Origin: Kiritimatiellia bacterium | GTDB lineage: Bacteria > Verrucomicrobiota > Kiritimatiellia > JAAZAB01 | Direction: 5' to 3' | DNA: 64,000 nt | NCBI GenBank assembly: GCA_040767085.1 | Contig: JAXGPF010000003.1 | Coordinates: forward strand, 96,001 to 160,000 | Shown here: positions 19,459 through 29,194 of the stretch, piece after piece | Layout of the letters: every line of letters starts with the position of its first letter | Numbering within the stretch: the stretch's first letter is position 1 | Notes under the pieces: generated by a model | What the model was told of the DNA's origin: nothing | The model's database searches: none | Seen by the model: the letters and a program-made list of their open reading frames with translations, nothing else | Position numbers and translations under genes: made by a program

Positions 19459-20502
19459 TCACTTCTTGAGCGTGCAGCACGTGTCTAGGCATAGCTCCAT
19501 TCCCGCCCTTGGTGAGGCCCCACGGCAAAGGTAACCGGCGCCAAAGGCGTCCGGTTGACCGCCTTGTTCGATGTTTTTTTCCATAAGCTCAAAAGTTATG
19601 CCATGCCTCTTAAATACCGGGTGTTCGGGTGGGTCGCCCGGCGCTATTTGAAAGCCGAGTTTACGGAAAAAGCTAATTGATGTATTTCGTGCAATGGTAT
19701 GAATCCGATGGCACATTCTGTCTGAGGAGATACGACATAGTTCGGCAACGAGACTCCGACCGACACCTTTGCGTTGATGGTTTGGAGCGACTGCCAGATG
19801 TCTCAGTTCAATTTCATTCCCGTTTGTCCATACTGCGACCAAGGCCCCAATTATCTGTTTGTTTTCTTTGGCCGCTAACTCAATTTTTTCACCGTCAATA
19901 TTGAAGTTGTTCCGTATATCACGGGGAAGACCGAGAGGCTGCCATAGGACACTCCAGAGAAGTTCATCGATTTCTGCGACGTTGCACGCTGTTTTCACAA
20001 TTTCAACAGATGTCTTGTTCGCTTTCTGACTGTCTCGTGTATGTAATTTTTTCTTTCCAGACCAGTACTTCAAACACTCACCTTCGCCAACATCCAAAAC
20101 ACACTCATCAAATATTTTATATCCTAAATGCTCATAGAATTGCTTTGACGGCAAAGATATGCTCAGACTGATCTCTGGAATCCCCTTTTTCATCGCTATT
20201 TGTTCAAGATTAGTCATTACGGATTCGCCGTATCCTTGCCGCTGATGATTGGGACGCACAAATACGCCGAGTATTTCAGAGCCTTTCAACGATCCGGTTG
20301 CCAGAATTGAAGCATCCCGTTCGGATGTAAGAACCAATATGTCGCCAACTGCACTCCGCTCGATAATGTTCTTCTCGGAATGGTGTTCTTTAAAGAATGC
20401 CACCGCACGTGGTGGATACACACCTGAATACGAAGCGTCAATAGTTTCGCAGATCATGCGGTGAAGAGCATGCAAATCAGTCCTCTTGAATGGACGAATC
20501 AT
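19459..20502 (-). CDS. Tandem two-domain GNAT acetyltransferase (gene cassette)
   Basis: Two acetyl-CoA motifs ([25 protein letters not shown]) and two FY/FF..LG motifs; reads through attC at the 3' end. Confidence 0.85.
   Translation of the reverse strand: MIRPFKRTDLHALHRMICETIDASYSGVYPPRAVAFFKEHHSEKNIIERSAVGDILVLTSERDASILATGSLKGSEILGVFVRPNHQRQGYGESVMTNLEQIAMKKGIPEISLSISLPSKQFYEHLGYKIFDECVLDVGEGECLKYWSGKKKLHTRDSQKANKTSVEIVKTACNVAEIDELLWSVLWQPLGLPRDIRNNFNIDGEKIELAAKENKQIIGALVAVWTNGNEIELRHLAVAPNHQRKGVGRSLVAELCRISSDRMCHRIHTIARNTSISFFRKLGFQIAPGDPPEHPVFKRHGITFELMEKNIEQGGQPDAFGAGYLCRGASPRAGMELCLDTCCTLKK
19517..19572 (-). repeat. attC site, last of the array (non-canonical R')
   Basis: Minus strand ATCGAAC AAGGCGGTCAACCGG-ACGCC-TTT-GGCG-CCGGTTACCTTTGCC GTGGGGC; hairpin with extrahelical bases. 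Confidence 0.7.
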
Positions 20503-20528
20503 AGTTTTGACTTCCTTCACTACTTCTT

Positions 20529-20586
20529 GTCGAACGTCACCGTTCTCGCGCGGCTGTAAGCCGTCGCCAGGAACGGCTTGTTCGAC
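20529..20586 (-). repeat. attC site
   Basis: Minus strand GTCGAAC AAGCCGTTC...GAACGGTGAC GTTCGAC; 58 bp, just after the stop of 20592-21362. Confidence 0.85.
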
Positions 20587-20591
20587 CGTTT

Positions 20592-21362
20592 CTATTCCAG
20601 GATAAACATCGGTTCTGCGTTCAAGTCGGCCAAGACCGAGCTGGCGGACGCCTCTTCCTCGACTGTTCCGGAAATCGCCAGCCATACAGAACCTTCTGCT
20701 CCGCACACTCCGCCTGCCGCAACCAGTTCTGCTCGTGCGCCAGTGAGAATCGTGCATGCCTCCAGTTCCGTTACAACTTCTCCTGAAACTGGAAGCATCC
20801 GTGCGCCGACCGCGTCAGGTGCATTCAGGCGTGCGGCGATGCTGCTCAATTCGGCAGAGACACGCTTTTCGAGTCCGACAGGCAGGATGAGGCGCACGCG
20901 CCTTCCAACAACGGCCTGCAGTGCCGCCACGATTGTGCCACCTTTCGGATGCCCGATCAGTATGCCAGCCTGTTTCCGCACAAGGTCAACGGCATTTGCG
21001 CCCTTCAGAATGACATCACCTTCCTTCAGGGCATCAACAACGTCGAATATGGTCTTGCCCTTCAACCAAGCGCCTTTCTGGATCACAACATCACCCGGGA
21101 ATTGGCTCTCGTCTGGCAACCGACCGGTATCCGTCGTCTTCTCGCATGGTGGCAACGTGATTCCGCGGAAGAATCGTTGACGTGAGAACCCCTCCGCATT
21201 CCCGCATGCCGACAGCAACTCCTCGGCCACATATCCATTGGTCGTTCCAGCGACAACAACGACTGTGCCAGACTGAAGGGCCGTTCTGATTGCCGGGTGA
21301 CCCGTAAGGGCCTTCGCGATCAGTCGCTTTCCAGCAGCAGGGGTTACTATGGTCTGTATCAT
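20592..21362 (-). CDS. Conserved hypothetical protein (gene cassette)
   Basis: [49 protein letters not shown]; bounded by attC sites. Confidence 0.75.
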   Translation of the reverse strand: MIQTIVTPAAGKRLIAKALTGHPAIRTALQSGTVVVVAGTTNGYVAEELLSACGNAEGFSRQRFFRGITLPPCEKTTDTGRLPDESQFPGDVVIQKGAWLKGKTIFDVVDALKEGDVILKGANAVDLVRKQAGILIGHPKGGTIVAALQAVVGRRVRLILPVGLEKRVSAELSSIAARLNAPDAVGARMLPVSGEVVTELEACTILTGARAELVAAGGVCGAEGSVWLAISGTVEEEASASSVLADLNAEPMFILE

Positions 21363-21383
21363 TTCATTTCTCCTATCTGTCGA

Positions 21384-21779
21384 ATCGGGATAGGGGGGGC
21401 GCCTCGCGGCGCCGCCCCTCCCACACCACCCGGCATGCGGATCACGCACCAGGCGATTCCGTGCGGTAACATATGCAACAAAGGTAGCCCTATCTCAACG
21501 AAATGTCGAGTCGGCAGCGCAATGCCCAGCCCGTCGCAACCCGGAAGTATGCCAGCCGTACAGGTAAGCCGCCAGTGCGCCGATTATCCGGCACATGCGG
21601 CATCCGCGAGTGGCTCGTCATCTCCCGTATCCTCGCCCTGATTCTCTCTGACTTTCGTTCTGATGGGCTGCCTCCCCATCCCGCCTCGCGACGACACAGT
21701 TGCCCTTTCGCTTCCCTTCGGCTTCTCCTTCACCTGGCGTGGGTACTTGCACCCACAAGTTACGTGCCATCCCCGGCAC
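21384..21779 (-). ncRNA. Internally deleted, ORF-less group IIC intron inserted in an attC site
   Basis: 5' GTGCCGGGGATGGCACGTAAC; 3' domain V/VI GAATCGCCTGGTGCGTGATCCGCATGCCGGGTGGTGTGGGAGGGG...CCCCTATCCCGAT; residual IEP-like C-terminus [15 protein letters not shown]. Confidence 0.85.
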
Positions 21780-21831
21780 GGTCCGGTTCAGCGGCGCGCT
21801 TTGGCGCGTCCGTTGCGACCGATTGTTCGGC
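21778..21831 (-). repeat. attC site split by the intron (remaining TCGAC at 21379-21383)
   Basis: GCCGAAC AATCGGTCGCAACGGACGCGCC-AAA-GCGCGCCGCTGAACCGGACC GT | intron | TCGAC. Confidence 0.8.
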
Positions 21832-22108
21832 TGTCTGTTTCTACAAAACGTCCCGCGGCATACCGGTGAAGAATGCTAGCCATGAGCGTCTGATAGGGCA
21901 GGCCATCCTCAACGGCAATCGCCTGGATTTCCTCCAAATCCTTGGATGAGATGCGAATATTGACACGCCTATTTTTGGCCTGCGTGTTCCGGGCGTAACG
22001 CACATGCCGGGCAATTTCTCGCTCACGGTTTGCAACTGGTTTCCACTCTCCGCGCTCGAAGGAGTCAAGAATATCCTGTTCTTCCTTATCAAGTTTCATT
22101 TTCTGCAT
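21788..22108 (-). CDS. Antitoxin, RHH/BrnA-like
   Basis: RVNIRISSKDLEEIQAIAVEDGLPYQTLMASILHRY; overlaps the upstream toxin gene. Confidence 0.82.
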   Translation of the reverse strand: MQKMKLDKEEQDILDSFERGEWKPVANREREIARHVRYARNTQAKNRRVNIRISSKDLEEIQAIAVEDGLPYQTLMASILHRYAAGRFVETDSRTIGRNGRAKARR

Positions 22109-22382
22109 GGTGCCCTCCCAAATATTCACGTGTTGCTTTTCGGCTGGGTATGATGGTCTTTAGAAATCGCCCGTCGTCGGATTCCGCGAACGGAACCACA
22201 TAGGCATATTCTCCGATGCGAACGACCAGAATCTGTTGTCCTGGATACCGTTCCTGATTCGGATGTTGGTAGACATCCAGAAGATCACCATTCTCGATAT
22301 GCATCACAACCTGCTCGAAGCTGATGTCACGTTCAACCTTGAGTTGCTCGTTTTTCTCTATGCTCCAGCGGTAGTAAGGCAT
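22089..22382 (-). CDS. BrnT-like type II toxin (toxin-antitoxin cassette)
   Basis: WSIEKNEQLKVERDISFE...FLKTIIPSRKATREY; own promoter-like TTGCCG-17-TAGCAT just upstream. Confidence 0.82.
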   Translation of the reverse strand: MPYYRWSIEKNEQLKVERDISFEQVVMHIENGDLLDVYQHPNQERYPGQQILVVRIGEYAYVVPFAESDDGRFLKTIIPSRKATREYLGGHHAENET

Positions 22383-22431
22383 GATTGAATGCTATCACAT
22401 TGTGTGCCTTGCGGCAACACATTTCTTTTTT

Positions 22432-22491
22432 GGCGAACGTCGCAAATCTGCCTCGGAGCGAAGCGACGTAAAATGCAGGCGCTGGTTCGGC
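22432..22491 (-). repeat. attC site
   Basis: GCCGAAC CAGCGCCTGC...GCAGATTTGCGAC GTTCGCC; 60 bp. Confidence 0.75.
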
Positions 22492-22501
22492 ATTCCCGTG
22501 C

Positions 22502-22960
22502 TTAGGGGACATACCACAGGCCGTCTGTGATGTTCGAGCCCCCCAAGTTCCCAAGCTGCGAGTCGTCCTTCCCTTTTACGAAGCCGATGAACCCGACGCG
22601 CAGCGTCGGGTGTAGGGCCACATAGGTTCGATCAGGCGAGACCCTGATGCGATCTGGGTTCATGTTGCGGATTGCCGCAGGAACATCCTCCCCGAGTGGC
22701 TTCCGCTTGCGGTCCCACATGACATCGGATCCGAAGGCCGTTGACGGCTGTGCCCATGCGTCCCAGAAGTGACGGTAATTCTGCGCCATTGAGCGACAGG
22801 CAGCGAGCAATTCGACATGATCCGCATTCGTGATGCGTTCGCGCTGTGCTTCGCGATCCCGCACGGCGTTGTTGGCGGTCATGTAGCACCACAGCACGAG
22901 CAGGAGGGGGGCGGCGCAGATGCCAATCCCGACGAGCCATTTCTGGTATCGCTTCTTCAT
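22502..22960 (-). CDS. Hypothetical protein with N-terminal membrane anchor (gene cassette)
   Basis: Single ORF between two attC sites; hydrophobic N-terminus. Confidence 0.65.
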   Translation of the reverse strand: MKKRYQKWLVGIGICAAPLLLVLWCYMTANNAVRDREAQRERITNADHVELLAACRSMAQNYRHFWDAWAQPSTAFGSDVMWDRKRKPLGEDVPAAIRNMNPDRIRVSPDRTYVALHPTLRVGFIGFVKGKDDSQLGNLGGSNITDGLWYVP

Positions 22961-22966
22961 CTCAAT

Positions 22967-23037
22967 GCCGAACGTCACGCCTCAACGGACGGCGAACCCG
23001 CCGCGGGTGAGCCGTACGGTGGAGGCGCTGGTTCAGT
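22967..23037 (-). repeat. attC site
   Basis: ACTGAAC CAGCGCCTCCACCGTACGGC...GCCGTCCGTTGAGGCGTGAC GTTCGGC; 71 bp. Confidence 0.82.
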
Positions 23038-23406
23038 GAATTCATTGCTGTGTTTTGACAGGTAAAGCATGACGATGATTCCAAGTATTGTTCCGATGGG
23101 GATGCTGAACAGCCACAGGACGGCGAGTATCCACATGGCCGTCTTGAACCATGCGGCTCGGTATCTCGCGCCAAAGAGCGCAACGAGGAGTAATACGGCC
23201 CCGATGAGCGACAAGACCATGCCTCCTGCGGTCGTATAAAGCGCAAGACTGATGTCAGATGCCAGAGCTTCGGGCTGGGCTTCGCTGTTCTTAGATAATT
23301 CGGCAAAAGCCCGCAGCATTCCGACGACTGTTCCTGCGATTCCGATCAAGAACCCAAATTGCAGGATTACACCCCATAGAGCCAGTTGCTTTCCGTTCTC
23401 TTTCAT
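22975..23406 (-). CDS. Small membrane protein, MotA/TolQ/ExbB channel-like (first cassette of the array)
   Basis: GFLIGIAGTVVGMLRAF...LASDISLALYTTAGG; RBS GAGGAG. Confidence 0.7.
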   Translation of the reverse strand: MKENGKQLALWGVILQFGFLIGIAGTVVGMLRAFAELSKNSEAQPEALASDISLALYTTAGGMVLSLIGAVLLLVALFGARYRAAWFKTAMWILAVLWLFSIPIGTILGIIVMLYLSKHSNEFTEPAPPPYGSPAAGSPSVEA

Positions 23407-23415
23407 ACTCTCCTC

Positions 23416-23503
23416 ACCGAACAGTATTATTGAGCCTACTTCGCGAATACTGACGGGGCGCATGTGATTATGTATTTATAAATCACATGTGCGCTATTGT
23501 CAA
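23416..23503 (-). promoter_or_regulatory. attI-like site with cassette promoter, copy 1
   Basis: TTGACA(23503-23498)-17-TATAAA(23480-23475), then CGAAGTAGGCTCAATAATACT-GTTCGGT; 24 bp identical to 31964-31987. Confidence 0.7.
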
Positions 23504-26103
23504 ATGCTTAATCCAGCGCCGGATGGTACATTCTCAAATACCTTTAGCGCATCCCGCCGCGTTATGACCGTGTCGTAAAGACCGATGTCCTCGCCCTCGT
23601 GTTTGTTGATGCCGGTGTATCTCAGGCTGGAGTCTTCGTAACGCTTGAACTTGTAAACCGCGTCGTTCATCAGGGCGCTGTTGAACACGCCCAAGCTGAC
23701 CAGCAACTCGAAGTCCTTGACGGTGAGCCCCGTGACTTTCCTGAAGAGGCCGGGTTCAAGTTGTGTAATGACGTCCTTCAGGGTCCGCTCGCGGTAATCG
23801 GTCAGGTACATGAAGATGGGAATCCGCGTGGCGAATTTGATGAGCTTCTCCTGAATCTGTTTGCGCAGGCTCTTGTATTCCTTCTCCTCCTGCGAAAGCT
23901 CCTTCTTTTCTTCCGCGGAAAGCTTCTCGTCGTTGGCTTCCTTGCGCGCTTTCTTGACGGCCTCGGACTTGTTGATGATCGTCGCGATGTCTTGGTTCAG
24001 ATTGCGGAAACCCTCGATGTTCATCAGGGCGTCCATCGCCTTCTTATCAGCCATCAGGCGGCGCAAGGTGTCGTTATCCACATTGACCAGGAGGGCGCTT
24101 TCCCAGCGCCGCGCCAGCAATGTGGCCGTCGTACCGCTCATGGCCATGTCGAGAATCCCGGCGGCATCAATCTGTTTCATGGAACTGCCGTCGTAAGCCA
24201 GCACCGGCAGGAAACTGATGAACTCCTCGACCTTCTTTTCCGGGTTGACCTCATTCAAGTTCAACCGGCAACTGTAATCGGCAATCTGGCGCAATGCCCG
24301 ATCGGGGGCGAAGTCGAAGACGTAGCATTCTTCCTTGATGATCTGCTCGGTGTTCGGAGATGCGCCGTCCGGGTTGCGCACCGTCCAGGGGGATTGCACA
24401 CGGAACGCCGCTTGAAAATATGTTTCCGGGCTCGACGAGTTGCGCAAAATGAGAATACCCGTCCACGGTTTCACTGTCACTCCCGTGGTCAATTTGCCGC
24501 AGGAAAGCGTGATGGTCCTGGTGGCGAGCGGATCGTCCATCGCTTCCAGCACAGGCGGCAAGGCCGCGGCGCCGATCCCGGCGGCGCTTCCCGCCGCCAC
24601 GATGATCTTGTAGTCGTGATAGAAGCGGTTTTGCCTCTTCGCCAGCAGGTTTCGCATGGCATGACAGGCCGCCACGCTGGGCAAAAACCAGAAGGAATGC
24701 GAAAGCACTCCCAGGAGCCGGACATCCGAGAACGGCATCGGCGGCTTTTGCGCGCCCAGTTTCAGGTTGTCCACACTGGCCGGCATGAACGCGCCGCGAA
24801 TCAGGTCCAGCCATTTCTGCACTTCTTCCGCGTACCTGAATTTCGCCTTGTCCCCAATGCCCTCGGCGGAGAAGAACACATTCAAATCGAACTCATTGAA
24901 CTCACCCTGCATGGCGATATCCCGGATCGCGTCGGGCAGTTGGTATGTCAAAAGCACCATTCGGGGCAGCGGGGCATATGGGTTGTTTGGGCCGTTCCAA
25001 TACCGCTTGGCGCGCTGCTCGTCGGAATACGTCCAGTTGTAAATCTGCTCTTCAATGAACTCGCCCGACGCAATGGCCCGGAACGGCGTGCCGGACAGGT
25101 AAAGATACCCGTCCGTGGTGATCGGCATGATCGTTTCATCAAAATCCTCGATGCCTTCGCCCTCGGCGAATTTTCGTTCCTTTTCATCCTCCGACTCGAA
25201 AAGCTCCTTTGCGTTTTCGCGCCAGGCTCCGTAATGGTACTCGTCCAGAATCACGCAATCCCAATGCGTGGTGTGGACCCATTCGTTCTTGGTCTTGATG
25301 CCGCCGGTGCTGGGGTTGCGGCCCAGGTAGTCCTGGAATGAGCCGAAGCAAACAAAAGGCTTTTTCTTGTCCGCTTGCTCATAGGTCAGGCCGCCCGGCT
25401 TGATGAACTGCCAGCCCCGGAAGTCAACATGGCATTTCAAGTCTTCTTCCCAAGCGCTTTGAACGGCGGGCTTGAAGGTCAGAACCAGCACCTTTCGCCA
25501 GCCCATTTTTTTCGCCAACTGATACGCAGCAAAAGTCTTGCCGAAACGCATCTTGGCATTCCAGAGGAAATGCGGCGGCTTGTCCCGGTTGCTTTTGTCA
25601 TTGCGCCAACTGGCGAAATAGGCGGCCGTCTTCTCGACCGCCGCGACCTGTTCCGGGCGCATTTGGAAATCCAGCGACCGATTTTCCTCGTTCAATTGCC
25701 CGGTCCGGACTGCGATGATCGCCGACTTGACTTGGGCCACCGTGCAACGGAACCATTCTCCGTCGGGGTTCTTGATGCCGTTAACCCGCAGCATCCGGTG
25801 CACGTCGTGGTCTGTGAACACCGTCCCGTCATTCCGCATGGCGGATTCTTCGAGAACGATCCGGTACGGCGGCCGGCCGGGCTTCTTTGTCGGATACTGC
25901 TGGGCGACGCGGCCTTGGGCATTCACGGTTGTGTAGCCGATTTTGAGCAGCCCCGCATATTGTGGGTTCGTGTCCTCGTAGGCGTAGATTGTCGGCCTCG
26001 ATGCCGGGCGCGGAGGAAAGAACTCCGGTTCATCCGCAAATGAACGCGAATGAACGCCAATAAGGGAAGAGCCTTTCTTTGATTCGAGTCTAATCGCGCT
26101 CAT
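23500..26103 (-). CDS. T5orf172/GIY-YIG-like nuclease fused to SF2 helicase (restriction-like subunit)
   Basis: IYAY..LLKIGYT..RVAQQ..GEWF N-domain; Walker A AKMRFGKT, DEYH, LSGTP, YFQAAFRVQ. Confidence 0.85.
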   Translation of the reverse strand: MSAIRLESKKGSSLIGVHSRSFADEPEFFPPRPASRPTIYAYEDTNPQYAGLLKIGYTTVNAQGRVAQQYPTKKPGRPPYRIVLEESAMRNDGTVFTDHDVHRMLRVNGIKNPDGEWFRCTVAQVKSAIIAVRTGQLNEENRSLDFQMRPEQVAAVEKTAAYFASWRNDKSNRDKPPHFLWNAKMRFGKTFAAYQLAKKMGWRKVLVLTFKPAVQSAWEEDLKCHVDFRGWQFIKPGGLTYEQADKKKPFVCFGSFQDYLGRNPSTGGIKTKNEWVHTTHWDCVILDEYHYGAWRENAKELFESEDEKERKFAEGEGIEDFDETIMPITTDGYLYLSGTPFRAIASGEFIEEQIYNWTYSDEQRAKRYWNGPNNPYAPLPRMVLLTYQLPDAIRDIAMQGEFNEFDLNVFFSAEGIGDKAKFRYAEEVQKWLDLIRGAFMPASVDNLKLGAQKPPMPFSDVRLLGVLSHSFWFLPSVAACHAMRNLLAKRQNRFYHDYKIIVAAGSAAGIGAAALPPVLEAMDDPLATRTITLSCGKLTTGVTVKPWTGILILRNSSSPETYFQAAFRVQSPWTVRNPDGASPNTEQIIKEECYVFDFAPDRALRQIADYSCRLNLNEVNPEKKVEEFISFLPVLAYDGSSMKQIDAAGILDMAMSGTTATLLARRWESALLVNVDNDTLRRLMADKKAMDALMNIEGFRNLNQDIATIINKSEAVKKARKEANDEKLSAEEKKELSQEEKEYKSLRKQIQEKLIKFATRIPIFMYLTDYRERTLKDVITQLEPGLFRKVTGLTVKDFELLVSLGVFNSALMNDAVYKFKRYEDSSLRYTGINKHEGEDIGLYDTVITRRDALKVFENVPSGAGLSI

Positions 26104-26109
26104 TCGCGT
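26034..26109. repeat. Short-period palindromic repeat (CGCGAATGAA type) overlapping the helicase start
   Basis: CCGCAAATGAACGCGAATGAACGCCAAT ... ATTCGAGTCTAATCGCGCTCATTCGCGT. Confidence 0.7.
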
Positions 26110-26951
26110 TTCCCTATCCTCGACTGCTTTCCCGCCGGCGGCAGGAAGTTCTCGCCGGTCACTACCTTGCGCCCCGTCTTCTGCTCCAACTCCCGCCGCG
26201 CCCGTTTGGCGATGCGTCCGCCTTTCTTCCCGGCCTCGGCATTTTCGCCCATGCCGATCGCTTCCACGCTTTCGGCGATCTGGCGGGTGGACAATTCCGC
26301 CAGCGCGGTGAAGATCAGCTCCGCCTCGCTCATGTGATCACGCAGGTTCTGCGCCTTGAGCCCTTTAATAGCCTTATGCTTCTTGACCGAAACCCCGCTC
26401 CATTCCTGGTGGATGATATTGGTCAGGATGGAATATTCCTCCTCGCCTTTGATCTCGTGGTCCTGCCAATAATCGGTGAGCTTGTTGCGGGTTTCCTGCC
26501 CCATCATCCGCTGCTGAATCCATTTCTCGCTGCGGCCGTGCTTCTTCCAGTATTCCCGTGCCCGGTCCAGCGACCGCACCGGGTCGCTCATGTCCTGGAT
26601 GCGCTCATACCCTACCTTGGCCAGCCAGAGTTTGATCGGTTCTGCCCTGGGACTGGGGACGGATTGAATAATCCGCAGAAGTGTTTCAGGGTCAGCAACA
26701 TCCGTCAGATAGGATTTTCCGTCAGCCGCAGGCAGTTTCAGTCGGTTACATTTTGTAACCGACTCACTTCCCTCGCTTTTAAGCCGGTTTTTCAGGACTT
26801 TCCAGTAATTGCGGGCGGCCTGATAGTCCGGTTGCTGGATCAGCGCCGCGACGATGTCCACCACGGAGAAATACCAGGTCTCCGACTTCTTGTCGTAAAC
26901 GCGCCGGATTTTGAAATCCTCAAAGACAGCCAATGCTTTTTCGTTTGTCAT
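26100..26951 (-). CDS. Bro-N domain (antirepressor-like) protein
   Basis: IRRVYD...WYFSVVDIV...ARNYWKVLKNRL...LRIIQSVPSPRAEPIKLWLAKVG. Confidence 0.85.
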   Translation of the reverse strand: MTNEKALAVFEDFKIRRVYDKKSETWYFSVVDIVAALIQQPDYQAARNYWKVLKNRLKSEGSESVTKCNRLKLPAADGKSYLTDVADPETLLRIIQSVPSPRAEPIKLWLAKVGYERIQDMSDPVRSLDRAREYWKKHGRSEKWIQQRMMGQETRNKLTDYWQDHEIKGEEEYSILTNIIHQEWSGVSVKKHKAIKGLKAQNLRDHMSEAELIFTALAELSTRQIAESVEAIGMGENAEAGKKGGRIAKRARRELEQKTGRKVVTGENFLPPAGKQSRIGKRE

Positions 26952-26967
26952 GGTTGACCTGCCGAAT

Positions 26968-27150
26968 TATCCACAGATGACGCAGATTTTTGCAGATTAT
27001 TTTCGGTGGATCCGGTATCTGCGTTAATCCGTGGAATCAGCGAATTATTCATCTGCTTCATCCGGAATGATTATCCGCAGATGGCGCAGATTTTCGCAGA
27101 TTATTTTCGGCGGATTCCGGTATCTGCGTTAATCTGTGTAATCTGTGGAT
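26968..27150. repeat. Tandem palindromic units built from about 9-nt GCAGAT repeats
   Basis: CCRCAGATNRCGCAGATTTTYGCAGATT...ATCTGCGTTAATC twice; same unit at 33001-33130 and 34577-34750. Confidence 0.85.
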
Positions 27151-27152
27151 TA

Positions 27153-28758
27153 TTATGCCTGCTCATCGACCCCGCTTTCCGCCTTGTCATTATCCGCTGG
27201 CATTGGGCGGACAATGGAGGAAATAAAATCAATCTCAGCCTGCGTTAGCTTGAAATGCTTGTTAAGTTTGTCATCAGTCCATATTTCTGTCATTGGAAGT
27301 TGAGGAACGAAGGCGAACCGCTCCTTTGTGATATGTTGCGTGTTTTTCCGCAATCCAACCAAAAATCGGAAGAAGTGGGTTCGCATGTACGCAGCAAGGT
27401 GTTCTGCCTCGTCCTTTGTCTTGTATGACCCAATGACGATGTAAGTTTCCGTACAGGCACTGGGCGGGCTTGCCACAATAGGTTTGCCCATAATCATTCG
27501 AGGGTATTCCCGGGCTTCGCCGCCTTCGGACTTCCAGCGTGATCGTAACCCACATATGATGTCAATAACCTTCCAAAGATCAATCATATCGACGCCAACA
27601 GTAATGTCTGATTTCGGATCTTTTGGCCCTACTCGCCATTTCTGCCAACGCAAAATAATTTGATCACCTTGTCCTTCTGAGGCCGTCACGTAAGTTCTAA
27701 GTCCAAAATGGTTTTTGTCTAGCAGACACTTGCTCGCTCATGCGACAAAGAAGGATCTTTTCTTGACAAGGACCCTTCGTCCAAATGATTGGGAAACAGC
27801 CTTATTGAAGCGAGCAAACGTATGAAAGTCGGAAACTCGTTGAGAGGTAAGCGTAGTCGAAACAACGTCGTTCATCGTTATGCACGTTCGTGACTTCGAG
27901 CAAGGTCCACGAGTAATCACGCTCCCATAAGAAATAACATATTCCATCCGCTATAACCTTGACACCGGGAAATACGTCGGAAGCAATCGGATAATCAACA
28001 AGATGAGAGATACGTCGGTCGTGTAGCATTGCATCTCGGAACTCGTCAAGACCTTTGCCGCCAGCGAACCAGCGTGAGGGTATTATCATGGAAAGGAAAC
28101 GAGGGTTCAGCTTCTTGGCTTGCTCAACGAAGCGATTGTAGATGGGGGATGCCCCTGTGCTTTCGCCTGCATCACTCAATTGGTACGGTGGATTACCGAT
28201 AATTACATCAAATTTCATTTTGAAAATTCCCTCATGTTTGTCGGTGTGGATGAACTCATATGCATGGCTTTCATACTCTCGCCCGCGGTCGTACTCCTCC
28301 TTGCTGGCGCGACAAAACACACAACGGCCATTTACCCATGTGTGTTCCACTCGCCCGAAACGGATGTTGCCGGCGGGCTTGTCAAACAACTCACAGACGG
28401 AATATTTGCCGTTGGCGGTCTTGGAGCAATAGACGGAGCGGCGCGACAGCAGAGCGGTCAGTTCCGTAATTGCGAGCCCGTAGAGTTGATTTTTGAAGAT
28501 GTGGTTCATGCGCTGCAGGCGGTCAGGAATCTGGGCCTCCAGCCCCTTGTCCAGCCGCTTGGCGATCTCGCGCAGAAATACGCCCGACTTGCAACCGGGG
28601 TCAAGAAAGGTGGCTGTCTTGTCGCTCCAAAGTTCCTGCGGCAGCAGGTCCAGAATCCGGTTCACGAGTTGCGGCGGCGTGAACACCTCGTCACTACTCA
28701 AGTTGGCGATACAAGACAGCACATCCGGATTATAGTTGTCTGTGTTCATCTGCGTCAT
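27153..28758 (-). pseudogene. Eco57I-like adenine DNA methyltransferase, frameshifted (decay or indel errors)
   Basis: [29 protein letters not shown]-terminal CTETY...RFLV..RKNTQH in another ORF (27153-27689); breaks between about 27500 and 27950. Confidence 0.8.
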
Positions 28759-29194
28759 CCGCAGACCTCCTCTGTTTCAACCGCAGATAGCGCAGATGAA
28801 CGCAGATTGTAAACAAAGCGCTTGTACTCGAGTCGGATAGCGCCAAAGTTGATCAGCAGAGCTTTGTGCAGCCTGGATGCTTTCAGGTAGTTGATCACTT
28901 GTGCCTCCTCCGTCCCGAAAGCTGCTTCAGCGCCTTGAGTTCGACAATCACCGCTCCGGAGCAAACGTAATCGGCTTTGTAGAACGTGTTCAATGGCTTA
29001 CCGCGATAGAACACCGGCAGTTCCTTTTCGCGTTCGTAAGGGATGCCCCTGAACCGAAACTCGCGTTCCAGCGCTTCCTGATAGACTGCTTCCAGAAAGC
29101 CAGACCCAAGGTCTGAATGCACGGCCATAGCTGCTCCGATTATCGCGTATGTCTCCGCATCTTTATTACCGTTATCTGCGTCAATCTGCGTCAT
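28755..29194 (-). CDS. GxxExxY family protein (one frameshift near 28915)
   Basis: [25 protein letters not shown]...ADY...IVELKA, continuing as [11 protein letters not shown]...LLINFG in the next frame; the break is in a G run. Confidence 0.88.

Noticed and set aside
20503-20757. 5' extensions in the ORF track (also 5101-5226, 17718-17936, 21363-21449, 23407-23463, 31139-31225, 53097-53360)
   Set aside because: They run through attC, intron, attI, MITE or neighbouring-gene sequence; downstream starts fit RBS or domain boundaries better.
21384-21779. Retron, DGR or autonomous intron
   Set aside because: There is no reverse transcriptase ORF; only a short IEP-like tail remains.
23599-25341. 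Long antisense ORFs (also 1601-2710, 13733-14926, 15351-16304, 42117-43820, 47347-48714, 63227-63913)
   Set aside because: These are shadows of well-supported genes on the opposite strand in GC-rich DNA, with no motifs of their own.
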